Program-made: the position numbers and the translations under genes
Notes under the pieces: model-generated
The model's database searches: none
Told to the model about the DNA's origin: nothing
The model's input: only the letters and a program-made list of their open reading frames with translations
Part shown: in pieces, positions 27,788 to 36,119 of the stretch
Layout of the letters: each line of letters opens with the position of its first letter
How positions within the stretch are numbered: position 1 is the stretch's first letter
Assembly: GCA_014360685.1 (NCBI GenBank)
Contig: JACIXB010000016.1
Span: 253,586 to 317,585 of the forward strand
Origin: Actinomycetota bacterium
GTDB taxonomy: Bacteria; Actinomycetota; Geothermincolia; Geothermincolales; RBG-13-55-18
Direction of reading: 5' to 3'
DNA length: 64,000 nucleotides

Positions 27788-29035
27788 CTACCCGCCCTCG
27801 GCGCGTTCCTCGGGGAGGGGAGGACAGACGTGCAGGACGCGGGGCCGGTATTCGTATTCCCGGATGGATCGCTCGTAGACCTCCATGGTCTGGCGGGCGA
27901 TGCGTCCCCAGTTGTATTTCTCCCCTATGAACCTGCGGGCGTCCGCGGTGAGCCGGCGGGCCAGCTCCTCGTCCTTGAGGACCCGGATCATGGCCTGGGC
28001 CAGGGACTCCGGGTTGCCGGGCTTGAAGCACAGGCCGGTCTCCTCGTGGACCACGATCTCCTTGAGCCCACCGGTGTCGGCCACGATGACCGGGCATCCG
28101 GCCACCATGGCCTCCAGGACCACCATCCCGAAGGGCTCGTAGAGGCTGGGGACCACGGTCAGGTCGGCGCACTTGTAGAACCGGGCCAGCACCTCGGAGT
28201 CCACGAACCCCAGGAGCTTTATCTTCTCCCCCAGGCCCAGCTCCTCGATCATGGCCTGCAGGGCCCGGGCGTGGGGCCCCGTGCCGGCCACCAGGAAGCG
28301 CAGGTCCGGCACTTCCTCGAGGACCATGGGCATGGCCTCGATGACCGTCTGGACCCCCTTCTCGTAGACCAGGCGGCCCACGAAGAAGACCATGCGGCGG
28401 TCGGGGTGGATGAACTGGCGGAAGATGCGCTCCCGGTCCGGGTTGACGTTGAAGATCTCGTACTCGATGCCGTTGGGGATGACCGTGACCTTGTCCGGGG
28501 GGAGCTCGAAGATGCGCACCACCTCGTCACGCATGTAGTTGCTGCAGCATATGGTGCGCACGCTCTCGAAGGTCAGCCACCATTCAATCTGGTGGATTAT
28601 CCTCTGCATGGGGCCGGGGAGGTTCCCCTGGTGGCGGCCGTATTCGGTGGCGTGGATGGTGGCCACCAGGGGGATGCGGTAGGCATGCTTGAGGGCGATG
28701 GAGGCGTGGGCCACAAGCCAGTCGTGGGCGTGGAGGACGTGCACCTTGCCTATCCGCTCGTTGATCAGGGGCACCGTCCTCTCCAGGAGGGCCACGTTGA
28801 ACTGCAGGGTCCAGGAGACCCAGTCGTCCTGCGGTATCTCCGGCGGATAGAGTGGAACGCGGTGTATCTTCACCCCCTCCGCCTCCTCGTAGTCCGGCGC
28901 CCCGGGCGAATCCTTGGTGACCACGTGCACGTTCGTTCCCAGGCGGGCGAGGTTCACCGCCAGTTGGTGGACGTGGGTTCCCAGGCCGCCGATGATGCGG
29001 GGTGGGTATTCCCAGCTGAGGATCAGGACCTTCAT
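27788..29035 (-). CDS. GT4-family glycosyltransferase (alpha-glucan / glycogen-synthase-like)
   Basis: N-terminal MKVLILSWEYPPRIIGGLGTHVHQLAVNLARLG and C-terminal EPFGMVVLEAMVAGCPVIVADTGGLKEIV retaining-GT-B signatures. Confidence 0.8.
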   Translation of the reverse strand: MKVLILSWEYPPRIIGGLGTHVHQLAVNLARLGTNVHVVTKDSPGAPDYEEAEGVKIHRVPLYPPEIPQDDWVSWTLQFNVALLERTVPLINERIGKVHVLHAHDWLVAHASIALKHAYRIPLVATIHATEYGRHQGNLPGPMQRIIHQIEWWLTFESVRTICCSNYMRDEVVRIFELPPDKVTVIPNGIEYEIFNVNPDRERIFRQFIHPDRRMVFFVGRLVYEKGVQTVIEAMPMVLEEVPDLRFLVAGTGPHARALQAMIEELGLGEKIKLLGFVDSEVLARFYKCADLTVVPSLYEPFGMVVLEAMVAGCPVIVADTGGLKEIVVHEETGLCFKPGNPESLAQAMIRVLKDEELARRLTADARRFIGEKYNWGRIARQTMEVYERSIREYEYRPRVLHVCPPLPEERAEGG

Positions 29036-29259
29036 CTCCCCCTACCTTCCACACGAGCGCCGGCTCCCTCCCCTGGAAGCCGCACCGCCGTCATCTCCAC
29101 CCACCCTTCCGGAAGGGCGAAAATATTTTATTAAACGGACTGTGCGTTGGCAATAAAGCCCCACGCGGGGGCGGATTCCAGATCATGACAACCCGTGATG
29201 CCTGCTCGAGCCGGCGAGATGGAAAAGAATTCCTTCGCCTCCACGAGATGCACGGAAGA

Positions 29260-30795
29260 TCATTCCATGTGCTTTTTCCAGAACCCGGCATGCAACCAGG
29301 GAAAGGGGTTGTCCGTTTCCTCCAGCCGGACGAGTTCTTCCTCCGCCTCCCCGCGGTCCAGCATGGACATGCAGCGCCGGAAACGCTCGGCGTGGGTGTA
29401 GAAGCGCTCCCTGGCGTATCCGGCCGCCGTGTCCCGGGTGACCATGTAGGACCAGTCGCTGGCCTCCATGAGGAGGAGCTCGCGCGCCGCCTGCAAGAGG
29501 GCCCTGGCTTTCCCGGCGTCCGGTCCTTCCCGGCAGCGGGAGATGAAGGCCTCCTCCGAGCTCCTGGTGATCTCCCAGATATCGCGGGTGCCCTCGTTCT
29601 CCCAGGTGGAGAAGGTACCGTCCACGTTCCAGGCGGTGCGGGAGGGGGAGAGTGAGGGCAAGCCTTGGGGTTTTATACCCGCCGCCGACAGGCGGGGCAG
29701 CTCGCATTCCGGTCCCAGGAGGCTCAGCACCTCGCGGAGCCATAGGGGGCCTTCGCGCCACCAGTGCCCGAAGAGCTCGGTGTCGTAGGCCGCCAGGAGC
29801 AGGGCGCCCTCATTCCCCTCCTCCCCGCCGACCAGCCGGTCCCACCTCTCCCGCATGCGGGCCGCGAAGTCCTCGGCGTCCGCCCTCGCCCGGGCCGATG
29901 CCTCCCGGGGTTCGTAGACCTCCTTCTCCTCCAGCGGGGTGGAGGGGGAGGTTATCCTCCAATACTGGAATCCGTGGCCCTGGTAGTCCCGCTTGACGTA
30001 TTCGCGGTACTCGCCGTGGGAGGGATAGCCGTCGGGTTCCCACACCAGGCGGTGGGAGAGCCGGTCGCGCAAGAAAACGACCAGGGAGGTCTTTCCCAAC
30101 CGGCAGGCCCGACAGGCGGGGAGGGATGGGGAAGCGGCATCCGGGGCGGTATGGTCGAGGACCACGTAGCGCAGCGGGGGAGAGAAGCGCTCCAGTACCC
30201 GGTCCATCTCCGGCGTGTAGGAGCACTCCGGAAGCCAGAAACCGGCCGGCTCCTGGCCGAAGTTGCGCCGGTAGCTCTCCAGGCCGATCTCCACCTGTGC
30301 CGCCCGGCAGGCGTCCGAGGAGAGGAGGGGGAGATGGGCGTGGGTGGCCGAGCTGGCCAGCACCTCCAGCACCCCCGCCCTCATTCCCCGGCGCAGGGCC
30401 TCCATCATGCCTCCCCGGTATTTCTCCTCGAAGAGGCGCAGCAGGCCTTCCAGCTCCCGCGCGAAAAAAGAGGCCAGGCGGCGTCGCTTTTCGTCACCCA
30501 TGTTGCGCAGGCGTTGCACCTCTTCTTCCGCCTGGCGCTTGCGGTTCCTCAGGTAAGCGGCGAAACGATCCTGCAGGTAGGCGTCCTCCAGCTGCTCGGC
30601 GAGGATGGGGGTCATGGTCAGGGCCAGTTTTCCCGGGCATCTTCCCTCGGCGAGGTCCCCGACGAGTTCCCAGAGGGGCAGGTAGCATTCCGCCCAGGCT
30701 TCCAGTATCCACTGTTCGCCCACCGGCCAATCGCCGCCGCGGCGGACGTAGGGCATGTGTGTGTGCAGGAGGATTGAGAAGGAACGCCTTTCCAT
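29260..30795 (-). CDS. Glycoside hydrolase family 57 protein (alpha-1,4-glucan branching enzyme-like)
   Basis: GH57 N-terminal signature FSILLHTHMPYV followed by WILEAW...LWEL; about 511 aa. Confidence 0.75.
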   Translation of the reverse strand: MERRSFSILLHTHMPYVRRGGDWPVGEQWILEAWAECYLPLWELVGDLAEGRCPGKLALTMTPILAEQLEDAYLQDRFAAYLRNRKRQAEEEVQRLRNMGDEKRRRLASFFARELEGLLRLFEEKYRGGMMEALRRGMRAGVLEVLASSATHAHLPLLSSDACRAAQVEIGLESYRRNFGQEPAGFWLPECSYTPEMDRVLERFSPPLRYVVLDHTAPDAASPSLPACRACRLGKTSLVVFLRDRLSHRLVWEPDGYPSHGEYREYVKRDYQGHGFQYWRITSPSTPLEEKEVYEPREASARARADAEDFAARMRERWDRLVGGEEGNEGALLLAAYDTELFGHWWREGPLWLREVLSLLGPECELPRLSAAGIKPQGLPSLSPSRTAWNVDGTFSTWENEGTRDIWEITRSSEEAFISRCREGPDAGKARALLQAARELLLMEASDWSYMVTRDTAAGYARERFYTHAERFRRCMSMLDRGEAEEELVRLEETDNPFPWLHAGFWKKHME

Positions 30796-31644
30796 TTATG
30801 GTAGATCCTTCCATCCAATCCCTATGAAATCCAGGGCTTCCTCCAGGGGTTGGTCGCGGATGGCGAAGTCCCTCCTTCCCAGGAGGGGGATGAACAGGGG
30901 GCGGTAGAAGTATCTCTCCAGGCGGGGAGGCAGTTCCAGGCACCACTGGGAGAAATTGCGCCCGCTGAGGCGGTCGTGGAGACGGAGGAGGCGGGCGTGA
31001 AACACCCCCTTTACCTCCGTGCGGGAGTAATAACGCCGCATGAAGGCCTGGAATTCCCGGTGGTCGTACTCCCGGATGTGGAAGGGGTTGATGGGGGTGT
31101 CCCGGCCCGGGGAGATGAGCAGGCGGTTGGGGGTGGTGATCACGCACAGGCCGCCCGGCTTGAGGACCCGGCGGGCCTCTTCCATGAAGCGGTCCGGGTG
31201 GTGGAGGTGTTCCACCACCTGGAGGGAGCAGACCAGGTCGAAGGACTCGTCCTCCAGGCCCAGGTCGTAGATGTCCCGGTAGAGGAAACGCAGGTTGGGA
31301 CGGCGATAGGTGCGGCGGGCGTGGTAGACGGCCTCCGGGGCCAGGTCCACTCCCACCGCCTCCCGGGCCGCGGAGGCCAGAAGGTCCGTGCCGTAGCCCT
31401 CCCCGCATCCCAGGTCCAGTACGCGTCGGCCGGAGGCATGGGGGAGGAGGAAGCGGTAGGCCACCAGGTGGCGCTGGAACCAGTAATTCTCCTCCCTGAT
31501 CCCGGGAAGGGTGCGCTCCCCGGTCAGGGCCAGGGGTGGATAGTTATCCCGGGGAAGGTCCGAGGTGTCCACTTCACGATCCATGGAGGTTATTCTGGCA
31601 TCCGAGCCTGTTCTTGCCAAGCCTTCCTCCCGCCTGGTATCCAC
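30796..31644 (-). CDS. Class I SAM-dependent methyltransferase (first gene of the minus-strand polysaccharide operon)
   Basis: Motif I VLDLGCGEGYGT, VGVDLAPEAV, LKPGGLCVITTPN; its stop abuts the GH57 start. Confidence 0.7.
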   Translation of the reverse strand: MDTRREEGLARTGSDARITSMDREVDTSDLPRDNYPPLALTGERTLPGIREENYWFQRHLVAYRFLLPHASGRRVLDLGCGEGYGTDLLASAAREAVGVDLAPEAVYHARRTYRRPNLRFLYRDIYDLGLEDESFDLVCSLQVVEHLHHPDRFMEEARRVLKPGGLCVITTPNRLLISPGRDTPINPFHIREYDHREFQAFMRRYYSRTEVKGVFHARLLRLHDRLSGRNFSQWCLELPPRLERYFYRPLFIPLLGRRDFAIRDQPLEEALDFIGIGWKDLP

Positions 31645-31647
31645 GCC

Positions 31648-31809
31648 TCAAAGGAGGGGGAGGGGCATGGAGAGGGCGGCCAGGGCTCCGCCCAAAAAGA
31701 TGATACCCAGGACCACCAGGTAATAGATCCGGAAGCCGAAGCCCAACCCCAGGAGGAGAAGGCCTACGGCCAACCCCGGACCCATATAGCGCAGGCGCTT
31801 ACGGTTCAT
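31648..31809 (-). CDS. Unannotated small ORF (53 aa) encoding a basic N-terminus plus a hydrophobic hairpin (MNRKRLRYMGPGLAVGLLLLGLGFGFRIYYLVVLGIIFLGGALAALSMPLPLL)
   Basis: Translated by hand from the minus strand; GC-rich third positions; GGAG about 10 nt upstream; lies directly 5' of the methyltransferase start; absent from the six-frame track, presumably on a length cut-off. Confidence 0.35.
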   Translation of the reverse strand: MNRKRLRYMGPGLAVGLLLLGLGFGFRIYYLVVLGIIFLGGALAALSMPLPLL

Positions 31810-31936
31810 CGCACCGGCTCCGCGGCTTTCCCGGGCTTCTTGCCATAGGACCCTCTTGTGTCCGGGCAGGAGGTTTCAGGACATGTGAAACACCGAGCAA
31901 ACCGTCCCTCGGCGTGGCGGCGGATAACCCTCGCCT

Positions 31937-32518
31937 TCACTTGACCAGCTCCAGGACCCTCTTGAACTCCTCCCCGTCCGCCCGGCAGGTGATCTCGTAG
32001 ATAAGGGCCTCCGAGGTGGTCACCGTGGCCCCCGCGCCGCGCATCCTCTCCAAGGCCCTCAGGTGGTCCTCCGGCCGGCGGGTGCCCACGGCGTCGGACA
32101 CCACCTGTACCAGGTAGCCGCGGTGCAGGGCGTCGAGCACCGTCTGGGCCACGCAGATATGGGTCTCGATCCCGCATACCAGGAGGCGTTTTCTCCCCCT
32201 CCGCCTCAGGGCCTCCTCGAATTCCGGTACCCCGAAGCAACTGAATATGCGCTTGGTTATGGGGCTGTATTGCGGGAGTTCCCGCTTGACCTCTTCCACG
32301 GTGTATCCCAGCCCTTGGGGATAATGCTCGGTGAGGACCACCGGGAGGGAGAAGATGGAAGCGAACTTGAGGAGCCTGGTGATGCTTTCCACCACCTCCT
32401 CCCGGTTGTGGATCATGCGCACCAGTTTCTCCTGGGGGTCAATGACCAGGAGCAGGCTGTCCTCGGCATTGGCCAGATCGGGATGTCTTTCCATCTCTGC
32501 AACTCCTTCTCGAGTCAA
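31937..32518 (-). CDS. Isochorismatase-family cysteine hydrolase
   Basis: SLLLVIDPQEKL, catalytic-triad context LLVCGIETHICVAQTVLDAL; the start may be the internal Met at 32494. Confidence 0.7.
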   Translation of the reverse strand: MTREGVAEMERHPDLANAEDSLLLVIDPQEKLVRMIHNREEVVESITRLLKFASIFSLPVVLTEHYPQGLGYTVEEVKRELPQYSPITKRIFSCFGVPEFEEALRRRGRKRLLVCGIETHICVAQTVLDALHRGYLVQVVSDAVGTRRPEDHLRALERMRGAGATVTTSEALIYEITCRADGEEFKRVLELVK

Positions 32519-32756
32519 GCCGTCCGCGTACCTGTCCCTCGCCGGCTTCTCGACGAACCATCGGTATCACGCTCGTGGATGGTGCGAGTGCCGAACTTCC
32601 CAAGGTCTTTCCTTTCTTGCCCGCATTTGCTTCTTCGCTATCACCCACTTTACGCGCCTTGTTTCCCGGCCACCCCCCATCGCCGCCAAGTCGGATTTGC
32701 GGCGCTCGGCGGGGTAAGCGGCCTCGGGGGCGCCGGGGCCTCCTCGGCCCCCGGGT

Positions 32757-34082
32757 TCAACCCTCTTCCTTTCCCGTCCCTTTCGACCCTTTCAGGTAGT
32801 CGTCCACCAGCTCCGACACCCGGAGGGCGGAATTGAAGGCCGTGTCGCCGCCGGTGCCCTCCGCGCAGGTGGTGTCTCCGCAGAGGAAGAAATTGTCCAG
32901 CCCGGGGAGGGTGAAGCCCGGCCGGTCCGCTCGTGTCTGCCCGGGGCGGGGCAGGAACCCGTCCACCATGTTCAGGCGCATGACGCGTTCCCATTCCACA
33001 GCTTCCCAGATCCCGGGGAACATCTTTGCCAGCATCTCGCGCATCCTCTCCTCCTCCCTCTTCACCTTCTCCGGGTTTTTCATCCAGGGCAGGGGAAGGG
33101 GGTAGAACCAGGACAGGAGTTGCTTGCCCTTCGGGGCCGTGGAGGGGTCGATGTTGGAGGTGAACTGCCCCATGGTCACCGGGTCGGGGGTTACCAGGAG
33201 TCCCCTCTTATCGCTTATCCTTTCACCGAGTCCCAGGTCCAGGGTTATTCCCGCCGTGGGGACCAGGTCACGGGCCTTCTTGACGAACTTGATGGGGAGG
33301 TCCTTGCCGGCGAAAAGGTCGGGCACCTCCTGTACCGGGATGGCGCTGACCACGGCGCGCGCCTCGTAAGCGGCGGATTCCGTCTTCGCCTGGTTTACCT
33401 TTCCCTTCCGCAAGAGGAGGCGGGTCACCCTGGAGGAAGTGAGGATCTGCCCGTTCTTCTCCAGTTCTTCCCTCAATCCCTCGATGATACGGCGGGTGCC
33501 GCCTTTCGGGTAGCCTACCTTGGCCTTGGCCCGCAGGGCCTTGCGCAGGAAGGAGGCCATCTCCCCCGCCGAGGCGTACCGGAGGTCGGGCGCGATGATG
33601 CCGATGCCGGAGAGGACCCGCATGATCTCCAAGGTCTCCGGGGACTTGCAACCGGAGGTCAATTCCTCGAGGGAGAGCTGGTACTTGCGCTCGGGGTTTC
33701 CCAGGACCAACCTGACGAGGTAATAAGCGGCGCTAAGCTTGGCCCGCGGTGGCAGGAGGGGGGAGCGGAATATCTTCCCCACGCTGTTGGGCAGGGGGAG
33801 GAATTCACCGTCGCGGTACAGCTCCGGTTCCCCGGGCTCTATAAACTCCAGCTCCCGGCCCAGCCGGCGGAAGACGGCCGCCGCCGCACCCTCGGAGGCG
33901 AAACGGTTGTCGTGCAGCCCGTATTCCAGCAGGAAGCCGTCCCGTTCCTGATAGGCGGCCCTTCCACCCAGGGACCTCGACCTTTCCAGGAGCAAAACCC
34001 GGTAACCCTTCTTGGCCAGCAGTGCGCCGGCCGAGAGCCCCGCGTAGCCTCCTCCGATAACCAGCACGTCGTATTCTTCCAT
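32757..34082 (-). CDS. NAD(P)/FAD-dependent oxidoreductase (amine-oxidase / phytoene-desaturase-like)
   Basis: MEEYDVLVIGGGYAGLSAGALLAKKGYRVLLLERSRSLGGRA dinucleotide-binding motif; start taken at the internal ATG at 34082 (track ORF extends to 34262). Confidence 0.65.
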   Translation of the reverse strand: MEEYDVLVIGGGYAGLSAGALLAKKGYRVLLLERSRSLGGRAAYQERDGFLLEYGLHDNRFASEGAAAAVFRRLGRELEFIEPGEPELYRDGEFLPLPNSVGKIFRSPLLPPRAKLSAAYYLVRLVLGNPERKYQLSLEELTSGCKSPETLEIMRVLSGIGIIAPDLRYASAGEMASFLRKALRAKAKVGYPKGGTRRIIEGLREELEKNGQILTSSRVTRLLLRKGKVNQAKTESAAYEARAVVSAIPVQEVPDLFAGKDLPIKFVKKARDLVPTAGITLDLGLGERISDKRGLLVTPDPVTMGQFTSNIDPSTAPKGKQLLSWFYPLPLPWMKNPEKVKREEERMREMLAKMFPGIWEAVEWERVMRLNMVDGFLPRPGQTRADRPGFTLPGLDNFFLCGDTTCAEGTGGDTAFNSALRVSELVDDYLKGSKGTGKEEG

Positions 34083-34439
34083 GCCCCGGTTTACCCCCTT
34101 TTCATCCGAAGACCCGCATTCCCACCCGGTCAACGGATCTCTTCCTTTCCTCTCTCCGCCTCTCTCCGCCTTTACTCGGCCTCGCCTTCCCCGGGAGGTT
34201 CCGTGCGCACCGGGATCCCCCGGATGAGGATATTTAATCATAATGCGCTGTACGTTGCGCAAGGAAACGCCCCCGGCACCCGCCCTTCACCGTTTCCAGT
34301 GCCTGGCTTGAGCTTGACGCCGGGCGAGGAGATAGGGGCCGGGATCGGTATAACCATGTACCACTTCCGGAGGGTTCCCTCGGCCCGGGGCGTGGTCCTC
34401 CCGCCGGTGGGAGGACTGGCGCTCCCTCGCCCTCCTTCC

Positions 34440-34471
34440 GTTGCCTTGTACCCTGACGCCTTGCGCCGCCC
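34440..34471. repeat. Direct repeat copy 1: GTTGCCTTGTACCCTGACGCCTTGCGCCGCCC
   Basis: Read directly; 30/32 identical to copy 2, which lies 75 nt downstream; located in a gene-free 560-bp stretch. Confidence 0.6.
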
Positions 34472-34514
34472 TCGAACCCCAGTAACGAACAGCCGACCAA
34501 GGGGGGGCCTCATG

Positions 34515-34546
34515 GTTGCCTTGTCCCCTGATGCCTTGCGCCGCCC
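34515..34546. repeat. Direct repeat copy 2: GTTGCCTTGTCCCCTGATGCCTTGCGCCGCCC
   Basis: Read directly; ends about 94 nt upstream of the TTG start of the alpha/beta hydrolase gene. Confidence 0.6.
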
Positions 34547-34639
34547 CCCAGAGACCGGAGTCAACACGGGCAGCCCGGGGCTCGGGGGTGATGGTATGAT
34601 TTACCCCGTGGGGGATCGGAGAAGGAAAGGAAGGCGACT

Positions 34640-35296
34640 TTGGTGAGAAGGGAAAGGGTGGCCTTTTACGCCGACAGCGTGGAGCACTTGAGGTTGGAGG
34701 GGATCCTTGAGCTTCCGGAGGGGGAAGGGCCCTTCCCGGCCTGCATCCTGTGTCACCCCCATCCCATAGGCGGGGGTTCCATGCACGTTCCACTTCTCCG
34801 CGTGATCTCCGAGGTCCTGGTAAAGGAGGGGTGGGCATGCCTGCGCTTCAACTTCCGGGGCGTGGGGGAGAGCGCCGGGGAGTCCACCGGGGGGCTCCGG
34901 GAGACGGAGGACGTGGAGGGAGCCTATGGTTTCCTGGTCCGGAGGGAGGAGGTGAACACGGATGACCTTTCCCTGGCCGGGTGGTCCTTCGGTTCCTGGG
35001 TGGGGCTGCGCTGGGCGGTAAAGGGAGGCCGGTGCCTCCGGGTGGCCTTGGTAAGCCCTCCCATGGTGGGGTTCGATTTCTTCCATTTCCTGGAAAGAGA
35101 GGAGGTTACGCCCAACCTGGAGGCACTGATCGTGGCCGGGGAGCGCGACCAGTTCGCCTCCCGGGAGAAGCTCGAGGAACTGGCCTCACGCCTGGGAGCG
35201 GAGCTGTGCCTCCTCGAAGGCGCGGACCACTTCCTCTTCGGGAGGGAGGGGGAGGTGGCCCGGGTCATCGCTTCCCGCTGGAAGGGCGGCGCTTGA
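34640..35296 (+). CDS. Alpha/beta-hydrolase (dienelactone-hydrolase-like), TTG start
   Basis: GPFPACILCHPHPIGGGSMH and nucleophile elbow LAGWSFGSWV; RBS GGAAAGGAAGG 8 nt upstream of the TTG. Confidence 0.65.
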   Translation: MVRRERVAFYADSVEHLRLEGILELPEGEGPFPACILCHPHPIGGGSMHVPLLRVISEVLVKEGWACLRFNFRGVGESAGESTGGLRETEDVEGAYGFLVRREEVNTDDLSLAGWSFGSWVGLRWAVKGGRCLRVALVSPPMVGFDFFHFLEREEVTPNLEALIVAGERDQFASREKLEELASRLGAELCLLEGADHFLFGREGEVARVIASRWKGGA

Positions 35297-35535
35297 ATTC
35301 CAGGAAATCCCAGGTAACCGGTTGCTTCGCCGTCCCGCTCCAAGCATTGACCGCCACGGCCCAATGCGAAAGCCGATGGTCGCCGGAGGAGGAAGGGAGA
35401 AGGGGATTAAACGGGCGGCATGGAGGAAACAATATAAGTAAAGGATGGCGCGATGAGTAAAGGATGGCGCGACACGATCGAGAGCGCCCCGGGAGGAAAT
35501 CACCGCCGGCGCTTGAGGGAGAGGGGGAGCATGCG

Positions 35536-35814
35536 ATGCTGCGGGAGGAGTTCCTGAGGAAGGTGAAGGAGGCCGCGGGCCTGGAGTCCGTGAAGCAGGC
35601 GGACCGGGCGGTGAGGGCGGTGGTGGCCGTGCTCAAGGCCGAGCTACCGCGAGATCAGGCGGAGATGATCGCCGCCGCCCTTCCCGAGGATCTCAAGTTG
35701 GGTTGGGAGATGGTGGATTCCTACCCAACGGACATCTTGGAGAGAGAGGATATCTACTACGAGGGGTCCGAGGCCGCCCCGGAGAAGGAACGCCCGTCCA
35801 TCATCCCCGGATAA
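35536..35814 (+). CDS. DUF2267-like small protein
   Basis: Pattern FLRKVKEAAGLESVKQADRAVRAVVAVLKAELPRDQAEMIAAALPEDL; RBS GAGGGGGAG before the ATG (track ORF starts at 35464). Confidence 0.4.
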   Translation: MLREEFLRKVKEAAGLESVKQADRAVRAVVAVLKAELPRDQAEMIAAALPEDLKLGWEMVDSYPTDILEREDIYYEGSEAAPEKERPSIIPG

Positions 35815-35905
35815 CAGGTACATCCTAGGCCTGCACGATCTCCAAGCCGGGCGAAATCCCCATGCTTTAAGCCTTGCCACCCCGTTCCTCGACCCGCTTC
35901 CTTCC

Positions 35906-35934
35906 TTGCAATGGCCGGGAGCAGTGGATATAAT
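35906..35934 (+). promoter_or_regulatory. Near-consensus sigma-70-like promoter TTGCAA-N17-TATAAT upstream of fhs, giving a 5' leader of about 180 nt
   Basis: TTGCAA at 35906-35911, TATAAT at 35929-35934; fhs ATG at 36120. Confidence 0.45.
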
Positions 35935-36119
35935 ACCTTCGGCGTCCGGGAGGAAAAGAACCGGGCCCGTTCCGCGATGAGGACTCACCGGGGACTCCAG
36001 GCCTTAGGGGCTGAGAGCCGTCGGTTAAATATATGCCCAAAAACGGAAAGCAAGCCAGCAGGAGAGAGCGAAGGTAACGCAAGGGACCGTCACTGGAGGA
36101 AGAAGAAAGGAGTTGCAGC

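Noticed and set aside
35935-36119. ZTP or THF riboswitch in the fhs leader
   Set aside because: I could not find the conserved 5' or 3' sub-domain strings of the ZTP (pfl) motif, nor THF consensus elements. Kept only as an unclassified long leader.
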